This document shows, piece after piece, positions 1 through 11,946 of a stretch of 64,000 nucleotides of DNA. The first letter of the stretch is position 1. Each line of letters starts with the position of its first letter. The stretch is from Octopus sinensis. Its lineage: Eukaryota. The notes under the pieces are model-generated. The model was not told the origin of the DNA and did no database searches. It saw only the letters and a list, made by a program, of their open reading frames with translations. Made by a program: the position numbers and the translations under genes. Location: the NCBI RefSeq assembly GCF_006345805.1, contig NC_042998.1, positions 45,818,001 through 45,882,000 on the forward strand, in the 5' to 3' direction.

Positions 1-205
1 GCACACCGGGCGAAATGCTTAGCGGTATTGCGTCTGTCGTTGCGTTCTGAGTTCAAATTCCGCCGAGGTCGACTTTGCCTTTCATCCTTTCGGGGTCGAT
101 AAATTAAGTACCAGTTACGCACTGGGGTCGATGTAATCGACTTAATCCGTTTGTCTGTCCTTGTTTGTCCCCTCTATGTTTAGCCCCTTGTGGGCAATAA
201 AGAAA
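1..205 (+). mobile_element. tRNA-derived SINE family A (informal), cut by window start
   Basis: GAGTTCAAATTCCGCC B box, GGTCGACTTTGCCTTTCATCCTTTCGGGGTCGAT core, tail ..GGGCAATAAAGAAA. Confidence 0.9.
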
Positions 206-389
206 CAGATATACACATACATACATACGTACGTACATATATGCATGCATGCATACATATTTGCATACACACATACATACATACACACACACATACATAC
301 ATACTTGCATACATACATACATACTTACGTACGTACGTACATACATACATACATGCATGCATGCATACATACATATTTACATACATACG

Positions 390-423
<34 letters not shown>

Positions 424-500
424 CATATGTGTATGTGTGGGTGCGTATGAATATAAGTATGCATTGTGTGCATGTGTTTGCATATGTGCATGTGTTTGCA
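205..500. repeat. (TACA)n-type microsatellite
   Basis: Direct reading. Confidence 0.95.
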
Positions 501-660
501 TATGTGCATGTTTGGGTGTCACCAACGCTTGATAACCAGTGTTGGTTTGTTTACGTCCTCATTGACAATGAGTGAGACAAGATAAAAGATCATTATTGTA
601 CATGATTTAGTTGTATCTGCGTAATCCGGCATATCTAAAGTTTTGAGACTGTAATCTATT

Positions 661-887
661 TCTTTATTGCCCACAGGGGGCTAAACATAGAGGGGACAAA
701 CAAGGACAGACAAACGGATTAAGTCAATTACATCGACCCAGTGCGTAACTGGTACTTATTTAATCGACCCCGAAAGGATGAAAGGCAAAGTCGACCTCGG
801 CGGAATTTGAACTCAGAACGTAGCGGCAGACGAAATACGGCTACACATTTCGCCCGGCGTGCTAACGTTTCTGCCAGCTCGCCGCCT
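661..887 (-). mobile_element. SINE family A, full length
   Basis: Reverse complement of the family A head, core and tail. Confidence 0.9.
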
Positions 888-997
888 TCAGAGAAATACC
901 GATGCCCCGGAAATCATTTGTTGAGATTACATCAGGCTCCCTTGTTGTAAATTGAATAAGGCCGAGTGGGATACGACTGTATTTTAATCTCTAAATG

Positions 998-1057
<60 letters not shown>

Positions 1058-1058
1058 T

Positions 1059-2000
1059 TATGTTTGACTTTTGCTTTGCATTTGTACAAGTTGGCTCCAA
1101 GTCTCACCCAGAGACCTCAAGAGACAACAAGTCAGAAGTCCATGTTGGTGTTATGCTTCGGGTTCCATATATTTGGTTTTGTACATAGTGTTGTTCTAGA
1201 GAATGTTTAAGAAACCATGAGAAAATTATGTGTTTGTTTTAAAATTTGATACTACACAGACAGTATTTTACGTAGGGTGTGGGCAGTTCCCATGAGCATT
1301 ATCTTTTGAATTTCTGCCATTTTGGGGTTTCCTGGTATCTGAGCTAGGTAACAATCATCCCCTTTTGCTATCATTCCTAGGGCACCTATGACATCAGGTA
1401 TTGTTTTAGTCTTCAGGTTCCACATTTTGCTAATTTCTATTTCAAGATCTTTATACTTGCTCAGTTTTTGGTAGGTCTTGACAGATACGTTTGTATTGAT
1501 TGGGACAGTCATATCAATGAGGAGGCATGATTTTTGTCTGAAGTCTTTCAATATGATGTCTGGCCTATTTGCATCTATCTTTCTGTCAGCTTGAATGGTG
1601 AAGTTCCAGAGGAGTGAGATGTGACCATTTTGAAGCACTGGAGGTGGTTTGTGTTCCCACCAGTTTTTATCATGGGGCAAGTCCAGGTGTTTGCAAATTA
1701 CCCAGTGAATATATTGTGCAGCTCTATCATGCCTGTTGAGATATTCTGTTGAAGACAGAACATGGAGATCAATAGTTTCATTTTGTTGTTGACATACACG
1801 ACATGTTGGAAAGCTGCCGTTCTTTAATATGTTGGCCTGCTAGTTCCTTGTAGGTAGGCAATGATCTTGGGCTGCTATGATAAACCCCTCTGTTTCTGAT
1901 TTTAAGCCAGAAGCCATTAACCATTGATGGGCAAGGGCTTTGTCAACATCGGCATTATTCGTTCTCTTTGGGTATTTACCATTGAGAGATTTTTCTTGTA
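1059..2000 (-). mobile_element. R4/Dong-like non-LTR retrotransposon 3' fragment (CCHC remnant + restriction-like endonuclease) with (TAA)n tail
   Basis: Minus-strand GKYPKR..SGLKSETEGFIIAAQD, CRVCQQQNETID, RPDIILKD..LIDMTVP..KLSKYKDL; stop at 1252; (ATT)n at 998-1057. Confidence 0.8.
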
Positions 2001-2757
2001 TCGCATGAGGTGGAGGTTGTCGCAAATGGATCTGCTTGAGATTGCGCATGTTTGCGCATCACAAACAAGTTCCTCGACGATAAGCGCTAATCTTTTTGCT
2101 AACACTTTGGCCAAAATTTTGAAGTCTTCGTTCAGCAGCGATATGGGCCTAAAACTTTCTATTTGATTCCCCTTGTTTGGGTCCTTCCTCAGCAATGTCA
2201 CCGCTCATCGACTTACAGAACAAGTAATTCTCTCGTTCTGCTGCCAGTTGCGGTAGATATCTGCTTAGAGGCTGCCAATCAAATCTAGTATATAAAAGTA
2301 AAGCTCGTAGGACAGACCATACAAACCAGGTGATTTGGTTCCCATGGAGCTCATCATCGCATCTCGAATTTTCGTGGCTGTTATCGGCATTCCTGCCCCT
2401 CCCGTCCACCTTTGTCGAGTGTCGTAGCATACCGTCGTAGTTAGGTACTGAAGTCCATCCTGCGATCCGGTTTACCACTCGTCCCAAACAGTTGAGCGAA
2501 GAGCTGCTGAAATGCGCAGTACTGTGCGCCCATTTTGGTCTACCAAAGACCAAATCGTGGCTTTGTTGTCCCGTTGTACCTCTGCCACGCGAGCCCATCA
2601 AGCAGCTTTCGTTTCCTCGTTTCTTAGAGCACGCACCTTTATTCAAACAATGCACCCTTGGTGCTTAGCATTGAAGAATTGGTCCTGGGCCAATCTCGCC
2701 GCCAGCCCGTCGGTTGCGATGCCTTTCCTAAGCACCTCTTCTAAGTTTCACTCAATT
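1998..2757 (-). mobile_element. Tx1/L1-like ORF2 internal fragment
   Basis: TLLRKDPNKGNQIESFRPISLLNEDFKILAKVLAKRL..DNLHLMRY; upstream AKHQGCIV..KVRAL is homologous to the element at 52.7-52.9 kb. Confidence 0.8.
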
Positions 2758-2780
2758 CTATACACACACACACACACGCG

Positions 2781-2818
<38 letters not shown>

Positions 2819-4187
2819 ACACACACACACACACACGCACACGCGCGCGCGCACACACACACACACACACACGTATATTTATACACGCACATATATTTAC
2901 GCCGAAACGTATTTGGTATTGGAGACTGTCGTCTGATTCAGCTTTAAAAGAAAGGTAATCGCATCCTTATACATACATACATACATGTATACATACACAT
3001 ACATACATACATACATACATACATACATACATACATACATACGTATGTATGTACCTGCACGCGCGCGCGTGTGTGTAGGTACGTACACACACACACACAC
3101 ACGTCCGTGTGTGTGTGTATTTTTCATTTTGTTGTCGCTGTAGTTCTTGCCGTCATTGTCTTGCTGTTGATGTTGTTTTTGTCCAGTGCCATATGTCTCG
3201 TGTTTCCAGGGAATTCTCTTGGAAACATTATGACCAGCTTCATCAGTAAACTTCTTTTTTTTTTTTTTTTTACTTATCATTTTTGTCCTTTGTTCTTGTT
3301 TTAGGAAGAAAACTAGAAACTTTTTTTCAGGTTGATTAAAAAAAAAAAAATTAATTTTCTAATCCCGAGTTGCATCATTGAAAAATATAATAAAAGTTAT
3401 CATTCTATCAATCACTCTTTTTCCGTTCAACCCGTTATCATCTCATTTTTCTTCAACGCCCCTAACGAAGTTTCCCACCCCACCACCCAAAAAGGGCGGT
3501 ACCGCCGACTATGCGAACTACTACTACTACTACAAAACTTGGTTAACTCTGCTCCAAATTTCTATACACCTCAACCCCACCCGTGCAAGATAAAAATATC
3601 AAAACTGTCATTACATAAGAAATGAAACTTAATCAGCATTAAAGTCTTGGCGTCAGAACGTGACTGTTGCTGTCACTGATAGCATAACTTTACTGCATTA
3701 CAATTGTAATTATTGACCAGAAAATACCGTATTTTTGAGAACTGAAGAGAAACGAAAGTAAGGTAGGGCCACAGATTTTGCACAAGTTTTCTGTGATGGG
3801 TTCAAGTTATGTGTTGAAAATTGAGAACATTTTTTAGTTTGTTGCCTTCTTAGGTAAGCAGTTGTTTTCTTTCTGTTGTGGTATAGTTATTACACCCCCC
3901 CCCACACACACACACACTCTCTATTTCTGAATAAAAACAAAATACTCTTAATTATCAATTTAAAAATGATATAAATTCTTAGAGTGTGCTTCTTCTCCGG
4001 ATTTGTTTTTCTAAAAACGATATATATATATATCAAAACTGGCCGTTTTTTTGTGATGTTTTTGCAGGTTTAATAATAAAGTATGTATGTATGTATGTAT
4101 GTATGTATGTATGTATGTATGTATGTATGTATGTATGTATGTATGTATATATGTATGTATGTATATATGTATGTATGTATGTATGTA

Positions 4188-4261
<74 letters not shown>

Positions 4262-4269
4262 ATATATAT

Positions 4270-4390
4270 ACGAGAAAGAAGCAACAAGAATGGATTGGTT
4301 TTTAGTACAATTGTTTCATACAAAGACAGCCTGTCTTTGTATGAAACAATTGTACTAAAAACCAATCCATTCTTGTTGCTTCTTTCTCGT
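4270..4390. repeat. Perfect palindrome, 60-bp arms, 1-nt spacer
   Basis: 4270-4329 is the exact reverse complement of 4331-4390. Confidence 0.95.
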
Positions 4391-4501
4391 TTATAATCAC
4401 CCCACATTACTGTATGGATAACACCTGGTGCATCTAAGTTAAGTACCACATTCAAGTAAATTCATTGGAAGTTACTTGAATCTTAATTGCTTTGATTATA
4501 T

Positions 4502-4534
<33 letters not shown>

Positions 4535-4666
4535 TGGCCTGCTCGCTTAGTCAGCGGGGTGGCGTCGTTCGAAGGCTAAAACAATGCAAAACGCATTGTG
4601 ACCAGCGATGTGTAGCAACATCTGATGGTCTGGTCGGTACGTGATCACGTGATATATATATATATA

Positions 4667-4750
4667 GCCAGGTGGTGCTATATATAGCCAGGTGGTGTTA
4701 TATAAGTTAGACATGGCCTGGCCAAAACTTTTCTAAGTTATTCTAAGTTA
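4667..4750 (+). mobile_element. Short 3' tail fragment related to the CR1-like element
   Basis: CCAGGTGGTGTTATATAAGTTAGACATGGCCTGG matches the reverse complement of 17720-17756. Confidence 0.55.
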
Positions 4751-4763
4751 TTTATATATATGC

Positions 4764-5138
4764 TGAGACCCCCTTCGGGAATGACTGACCGTGGGATTGC
4801 ACCTAGAAATTTACCCTCTCAGGGCAAGGTTGTTTATGGAAGACCAGCAGTCGCCCATGCATACCGGACCGGGCTGCGTGTTGTGTTCTTGAGCAAGACA
4901 CTTTATTTCACGTTGCTCCAGCTTACTCAGCTGTAGAAATGTGTTGCGACGTCACAGGTGCCAAGCTGTACCGGCCGTTGCCTTTCCCTTGGATAACACT
5001 GGTGGCGTGGAGAATGGAGGCCGGTATGCATAGGCGACTGCTGGTCTTCTATAAACAACCTTGCCCGAACTTGTGCCTGAAAGGGTAACTTTCTTGGTGC
5101 AATCCCATCGTCAGTGTCGCGACCAAAGGGGGTCTCAG
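4764..5138. mobile_element. SINE family C inverted fusion (minus 3' end 4764-4868 joined to plus copy 4869-5138)
   Basis: CTGAGACCCCCTT.. at the left and ..AAGGGGGTCTCAG at the right; junction microhomology ACCGG. Confidence 0.8.
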
Positions 5139-5697
5139 AATATAGATGTATGTGTGTGTGTATGTGTGGTTAAACGTTCTACAAATAACAAAAATTAATA
5201 CTGCAAACAATGTGTATTAATTTGACATTCAGGAAAAATGGAAGAGTCTGATGTTTCGAGCTTACGCTCTTATACAGAAAAGAATGGGGAAAGAAAAAAA
5301 ATGAAGAGAGAAAAAAAAACGAGGGAAGAAAAACAGATGGGGAGAGATCTTACTTTTTTTATCTGTTCTTCTACCTGTTCCAATCAAAGGGCTGAGACGT
5401 TGCCTTGTAAAGTTTTAATCGATTCTATCAAGCCGCAGTATTTCTTCCTAACAAGTACTTACCATTCTATGTTTGTCAAATTGCTTTCTTTCTTTCTTTC
5501 TTTCTCTTTGAGGAAAGACACACTAAATAATGGAGTAGTCGTATACTGTCAACTTAATGTGACAGTCCCATGAAGGGAATCACACCACTGCTATTTAGCC
5601 CTAGGAAGCATCAACGCTTTCTGTCGGCCTTGACACATTTCCTGTGTCCTTATGTTTACAAGGGGGAGACAAATACCTCCACCCAGCTAAGCCTGCA

Positions 5698-5739
5698 TCC
5701 AGAGACTAGTTTCTGAGTCTTGCCTGTCATCAGTCTGGA
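5698..5739 (-). ncRNA. Hammerhead ribozyme with degenerate stem II
   Basis: Minus strand UCCAGA-CUGAUGA-CAGGCAAGACUCA-GAAAC-UA-GUC-UCUGGA; stem I perfect (6 bp), palindromic ACUAGU helix III, stem II poorly paired. Confidence 0.55.
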
Positions 5740-6370
5740 GTAGCATGGCCTGCTAGCTGAAGATGCTTGTCTATGCCTTGTAAACATATAAGAATTCTAG
5801 TGAATTAAATCCACTGATTACAAAGATAGAAATATTACATTTCTAAATATATCAGAGAGATATAAATAGTAGTAGTACGATAGAGTAAATAATGTTGTTC
5901 TGGATATATTATGCTGCGACGTGGTGGTTTCGGCTGGACCGCTGGTTGAACAGCGGAAAGTCGTCATTCAGAAATATACAGATCAACACTAAGCGTGGGA
6001 AAATTTGCGGAGAGGACGACGACTTTTCACAAAACAAAAAGAACGTCGGCAAGCTAGTAACAACTCAGAACAAAACCCTCATACATGAATAGACTAATTC
6101 AAATTGGAGTGTCATTTCTGTTTAAGTACCCGAATCTAACATCAAACGAAGACTACAATAAGAGCAAAACCTATCAGCATACCAAAATTTAAAACACAAA
6201 CGAAAAACCTCGGTAGCCATTGTCGACCATGTAAACATGATAAAGCCATGCGGGTGAGATATGCCGCAATATAACACCACGGCCTAAAAATACATACAGA
6301 ATATAAAAAAAAACAACAAAGTTTATTAATCGTCTCACACGATATTCACATAATAATAATACAAAAGACG

Positions 6371-6819
6371 GTACAAATTAATAGGCAATCTTTCGTCTCT
6401 AGTAGACCTTTCCGTCGATTTCCGTAAAAAATTTTTTTTTTTACATATGGGCTTGCGGGAACTTTTGAAGTAATGAGAGCGGAAGAGACTAAGAGAAAGC
6501 GATTGTATGACGAGGGAAGTTCTTTTGAAGTTACCGTGCATGTGAAGCATTGATGTACATGTGTGTGTGTGTGTGTTTGATGGGGTGTGGGAGACAGACA
6601 GTATGTTGTGTAAGTGAAGTGCTTCTGTTAGTGTGTGTGAAGAGACAGAGTAATGTGTGAAAGAAAGAGATAACTGAAATTTTTTACTCGGTGTATGTGT
6701 ATATGTATGTATATTACTTCAAAAGTTCCCGCAAGTCCATATGTAAAAAAAAAAAATTTTACGGAAATCGACGGAAAGGTCTACTAGAGACGAAAGATCG
6801 CCAATTAATGAATTTGTAC
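6371..6819. mobile_element. Long-TIR fold-back element (MITE-like)
   Basis: 6371-6474 is a near-perfect inverted copy of 6713-6819. Confidence 0.7.
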
Positions 6820-7619
6820 GCGGTTGCGTTCAAATCACACCATTCTGTCTTCAAACAGGAAGAGCATATCGACAATGTAGTTTTGGATATACCATAAGAG
6901 GAGATGGTCATGGTGCTATAAATCTGCTCAATCAGGCTTGATGTGAGGATATGCAAATGATGTTATACTCCTAATGCAAGGCTTTTAAAAATCTCGTATT
7001 ACATCCTGATAAAGTAGGAAAGGCTAAACCATGGTGGAGGCCACGTATCAGATTCACGAGAATTATATATTCAGTACAGATGTACTACAAATGACAAATG
7101 ATAATAAGGAAGATGATATGCTAAAATTACATGAATCATAGAAAAATCCAGCCTCGACATAACCCATTCACATAATCATCTTTCTAACAAACAATATACA
7201 TACAAATTACTACACCGCCGATCCATACAAAGAGGATACGTCACTCTAGACACAATAATCTAACTTCCGTTGATATCAATAAATTGTTTTATCGCCGTCA
7301 TTTGTGACTAAAATATATAAACAAAATACTCAACCGTTAAGAAACAATACGAATCGTTGGCATGTGAACTACCACTCTATTCACCGAGACACTGTAGAGT
7401 CCAGTAGCAAACCATTTTAAATCGTCAGTTACCAAACATTGTCATAATGTCCCATTGGATAATACAATCCGGAGCGCACTCTGTTCAGATATAAAAGAAC
7501 GAGTGGTCACTGTTGAAATAACTTTCATCATAGGTCTGTCCATTCCTAGCCGTCTTGGGGTCAGACAACAACAACAGCAGCAGCGGCAACAACAACAGTA
7601 TTAATGATATCATTCATAA

Positions 7620-8060
7620 AGGAAAATAACTCTGAAACTGAAAATTCATATCGGGGTGAGCATAGTCATGTAGCTTGTGGGGCGAGGGAGCACTCCGCCC
7701 CGAACGACATTTTTATGAGGGAGGCACTTTTGGGTCTGTTGTAAAAGGCTGTATAGGTCTGGGGGTCCCGGTGTGAGGCCGACAAACTCAAGAGTTACCA
7801 CTGGGTGGATACCAGTTTATTGCCTGTGCAAACTTCTCATGCAGATGATATCACAATTACATCCTTCTGCCATTATCGAGTCATAAGTCACACAACTATT
7901 CTAACATGGTCGGATATATAGAGGACGAATAGGGCAACTGCTCTGGGCCAGTTCGATATCGGTGCCCCCTGTTATACTCAATAAATTCCCACCTCCCAGA
8001 ATTCTTGCATGTAGAGGCTCTCTTTCAATATACATACATACCTTGAAAATATGTAATGGA
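7620..8060 (-). mobile_element. Heavily decayed LINE RT fragment (CR1/L2-like?)
   Basis: Minus-strand QGAP..LFVLYISD resembles PQGSVLGPxLFxxYIxD; many stops. Confidence 0.3.
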
Positions 8061-8081
8061 TCCTCTTTTTTGATAAATAAC

Positions 8082-8301
8082 CTATTTCTTTACTACCCAC
8101 AAGGGGCTAAACACTGAGGAGACAAACAAGGACACACGGATTAAGTCGATTACATCGACCCCAGTGCGTAACTGGTACTTATTTAATCGACCCCGAAAGG
8201 ATGAAAGGCAAAGTTGACCTCGGCGGAATTTGAACTCAGAACGTAGCGGCAGACGAAATACCGCAAAGCATTTCGCCCGGCGTGCTAACAGCTCGCCGCC
8301 T
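8082..8301 (-). mobile_element. SINE family A
   Basis: Same diagnostic blocks. Confidence 0.9.
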
Positions 8302-10584
8302 TTTGATAAATAACCATAGATTTCTCCACATTAGTGACACCAATTCATTCAATTAAAAAAAGTTTACTACTACCCAGTCGCAAAAGCAGATACAATTTGT
8401 AAATTGTAAGCTGCTTTTTTGTAAGCTGTAATTTGTAAGCTGCTTTTGGGACAACGATAGGTAAAAGAAAAATTACAAAACACTACTGTGTGTGAGGGGG
8501 AGTATGAATGTATAAAGCTAGATAAAGAAATTGATAGTAAGAAGAAATTATCTATTGTCTCTTCTTTAAATTCCTTTTATGAACGCATGACTGAGCAATG
8601 ATCTTGGATTGACCACTTGCAGTTAGAGGCACACTCATGCACACGCACACACACATACACACACACGCATACACACGCACTCAAGCACACACACACACAT
8701 ATATTGCCACTTGTAAACTTCATTATTTCAGTGCGGCATTGAAAACTGGTCTAATATGCTACAAAATTTAAATTTTTGAATTTAGTTTTGATTATAAAAT
8801 TTAAATCTCCCAACAGTTCAAAGCATCTTTTCGGCTTTAGAATCATTGCATTTATGGTCACGTGTTTTTCATTAAATCGAATCTTCCTTCTTTTTTTTTT
8901 TTTTTTCCAATATTTTTCGTTATTTTATCAAATACTTGAAATTATCAATAGGGGAATGGGGCAAATTGGTATCTGGGGCAAAATGAGTAATTATTAATTT
9001 TCCTTATTTTCTCACCGTATGTTTGAAACATTGCAAGTATTACATCACTATTTGGGGATCTTTTCTGTTTGACTTCGCTTTTTTAAATTTTTATAATTAA
9101 GCGAAAATTTTAAAATTTGGTGTACTGATGTAATTTTTCACGCTGAATCTCAGAACGTTATTCACTTGTTTTAGAAAATTTAAAAAATAAATTATAGAGG
9201 TTTAAAGTTTGATCATTTTTGCCCAGTAAGAAAACTGGATCTAGAAGGTGTCATTTTGTGCTTCACTATAATCTTACAACGACAAAACGTTCATGGCAAC
9301 ATTATGACGACAAAGAATGTTTTAGCATTTGGTAAGCATTTAATGCAAAAAATGAACAAAAAATAAACAAACTTCAAAGGTACATATACATATAATATAT
9401 ATATATGTAACAATTAGGTTTTAGTTAGTGTAGTTACGAATTGTAACGAATTGATTAGTAAACAATAATATCAAATGTCAGAGTCAGCAGTTGTAACGAG
9501 AAAAATTTGTTGTTATAATTGCGTATTGTAGGATGTGAAAGATGAACAATGCATGAAGTTTTAAGGAAATGTTTATTTACCGTTACGTTACAACACCTAG
9601 CCTCGACGGGCAGGTTATGATAAATCCAAAAGCATGCGAAGTAAAGTTTGTGTTTGTGTCCTTTTCATTGTTTAGTAGTAAATACAGAGAGAGATAGAAT
9701 GATAGATAGCGGGAGTTGTAGGGTGTGGGACGTTGTCTCACAGTTGCTGACAGTAAACTTTATTTCTCCTTCTGACCAAGGCTGGTCAGCCAGACTTCGT
9801 TGTCATCGACTGTGACTAACTGGTGTTTGCTTGGGGTGTGCTTGCTTATATAACTATCCAGAAGGATAGATATATCATTGAGAACAATAGATTTAGTTGG
9901 TGGTCTTGTTATCTCTATTCTAGCTTTTGGTGAAGTAGAAGAGGTTGGAAAGGGTCAAGTGGTGAAGATATCGTTTCGGTCTAGCTAAAGACATCTGGAA
10001 AATGTAAAACTGCTGTCAAAGAGAAACCATTGTTCCACCGTGGGAAAAGTTCTATTGCTGTGTTAATTTAAATTTGGCTATGGTGGATCAAATCCACTTC
10101 ATGCATGCAAGATCCACTACATATATATATATTTAATTAATAATAATAATGGGTAAAATTAATTAATTAATTAATAATTAATAATTTTACCAAGTAGTTC
10201 GGTATGTTAAAAGAACCATTATCGGTAAACTTATACAAAAATTCTTATAATTATGAGTATAAATTATAATTAGGGTTCAACAAAATTTGCTTCACCACAT
10301 ACCGAAATTTAGAAATAGCAGTTAAACTACTATTTTACTACCTTAAGATATCTCCCAGACAGCAATACTCAACAACTCACTCAGGTAAGGAGAAAAAATA
10401 ACGAATACACCCGGACATGATTAACTGCATACGCGTTTCGGAGTTAGAGGGATGTGAAAAATGTAAAATCATATTTCTACTTACTCATTCTCTACATCTT
10501 GAATGGTTCAATCTAAGAAATGCATCAACAAGATCTTGAATTTTAGCAGTTCTTGGAGTGTCAATACGAACAATGTTAGCTAAC

Positions 10585-10960
10585 ACGGTGAGCTGGTAGA
10601 ATCGTTAGCACGCTGGGCAAAATGCTTAGCAGCATTTCGTTCGTCTTTACGTTATGAGTTCGAATTCCGCTGTGGTCGACTTTGCTTTCTTTCATTCTTT
10701 CGTGGTCGATAAAATAAGTACCAATTGAGCACTGGGGTCGACGTAATCGACTTAACTCCTCCCCCGAAATTACAAACCTTGCAACAAAATTTGAAACCAA
10801 TGTGGTCTAAGGCGGTGAGCTGGCAGAATCGTTAGCACGCCAAAGAAAATGCTTAGAAGCATTCCGTTAGTCTTTACGTTCTGAGTTCAAATTCCGCCGA
10901 GGTCGACTTTGCCTGTCTTCCTTTCGGGGTCAATAAATTAAGTACCAGTTGCGTACTGGG
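10585..10960 (+). mobile_element. Two adjacent SINE family A-type copies (first with alternative tail ..AAAATTTGAAACCA)
   Basis: Same head and core. Confidence 0.85.
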
Positions 10961-10981
10961 AATAAGGAAGTCCTATATATT

Positions 10982-11395
10982 CTTTTATTTGTTTCAGTCA
11001 TTTGACTGCAGCCATACTGGAGCACCGCCTTTAAAGGTTTTAGTCGGAGAAATCTACCCCAGGACTTATTCTGTCGGTCTCTTTTGCCGAACTGCTAAGT
11101 TACGAGAACACAAACACATCTGCATCAGTTGTCAAGCGATGGTGAGTGGACAAACACAGATACACACACACATGCACACACACATTCACAGACACACACA
11201 TAAATATATACATGCATACACACACACACACGATGGGCTTCTTTCAGTTTCCGCCTACCAAGTCCACTCACAAGGCTTTAGTTGGCCCAAGGTTACTATA
11301 GAAGACACTTGCCCAAGGTGTCATGCAATGGGACCGAACCCAGAACCATGTGGTTGGGAAATAAGCTTCTTACCACAAAGCCACGACTGCGCCTA
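10982..11395 (-). mobile_element. tRNA-derived SINE family B (CORE-like block, internal microsatellite)
   Basis: Minus-strand head GGTTCGGTCCCA..ACCTTGGGCAAGTGTCTT, internal (GT)n, tail ..ACTGAAACAA. Confidence 0.85.
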
Positions 11396-11946
11396 TGATA
11401 TATATATATATATCGCTTAGGCATTGCTAGACTAAGAACCAAGTGTAAACCCAATATACGAATGTTTCAGAACAAAGTGTTTGATGAGTATAGAGCGGTA
11501 ATAAAAAAAAGAGTTGACACAAGAAAAGCAAAGATTATGTTATGAACTTCATTAACTTACAGCTGTTTCTGCTATGGATGAAGTGGAATCTTAGATGTGT
11601 GCCTGAATAACATCTTATAGCTTCATCGGAGCCTCGAATATGAAGTGCAATTTATTTGGGGGAAAAGAATTACATTTTTGGAATATACAGGGAAAGCATT
11701 ACTAGTGAGGAAATCATTGCTGGTATATACGGAAAAGTGTGTCCAAAAGGCAGGGGGAAAGCACGTAGACTCATGGCAACACACACAGCGCTGAGATACA
11801 CAGACATGCATCCTGGCCACACAGACGCACCCCCACACACACAGATACGTGCCCATATGAAATACATATTCACGGACATACATACATACATACATACACC
11901 CACTACATGCCCACACAATAAAAAAACAAAGACAGACAGACACTAG

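Noticed and set aside
3200-3250. CUGAUGA matches at ~3240(-), ~5108(-, CUGACGA), ~27950(-), ~30258(+), ~39863(+), ~47440(+), ~60975(-)
   Set aside because: Each lacks at least one helix or the GAAA strand; expected by chance.
10425-10495. CCGAAACGCGU motif on the minus strand
   Set aside because: No recognisable CUGANGA upstream; at most a fossil.
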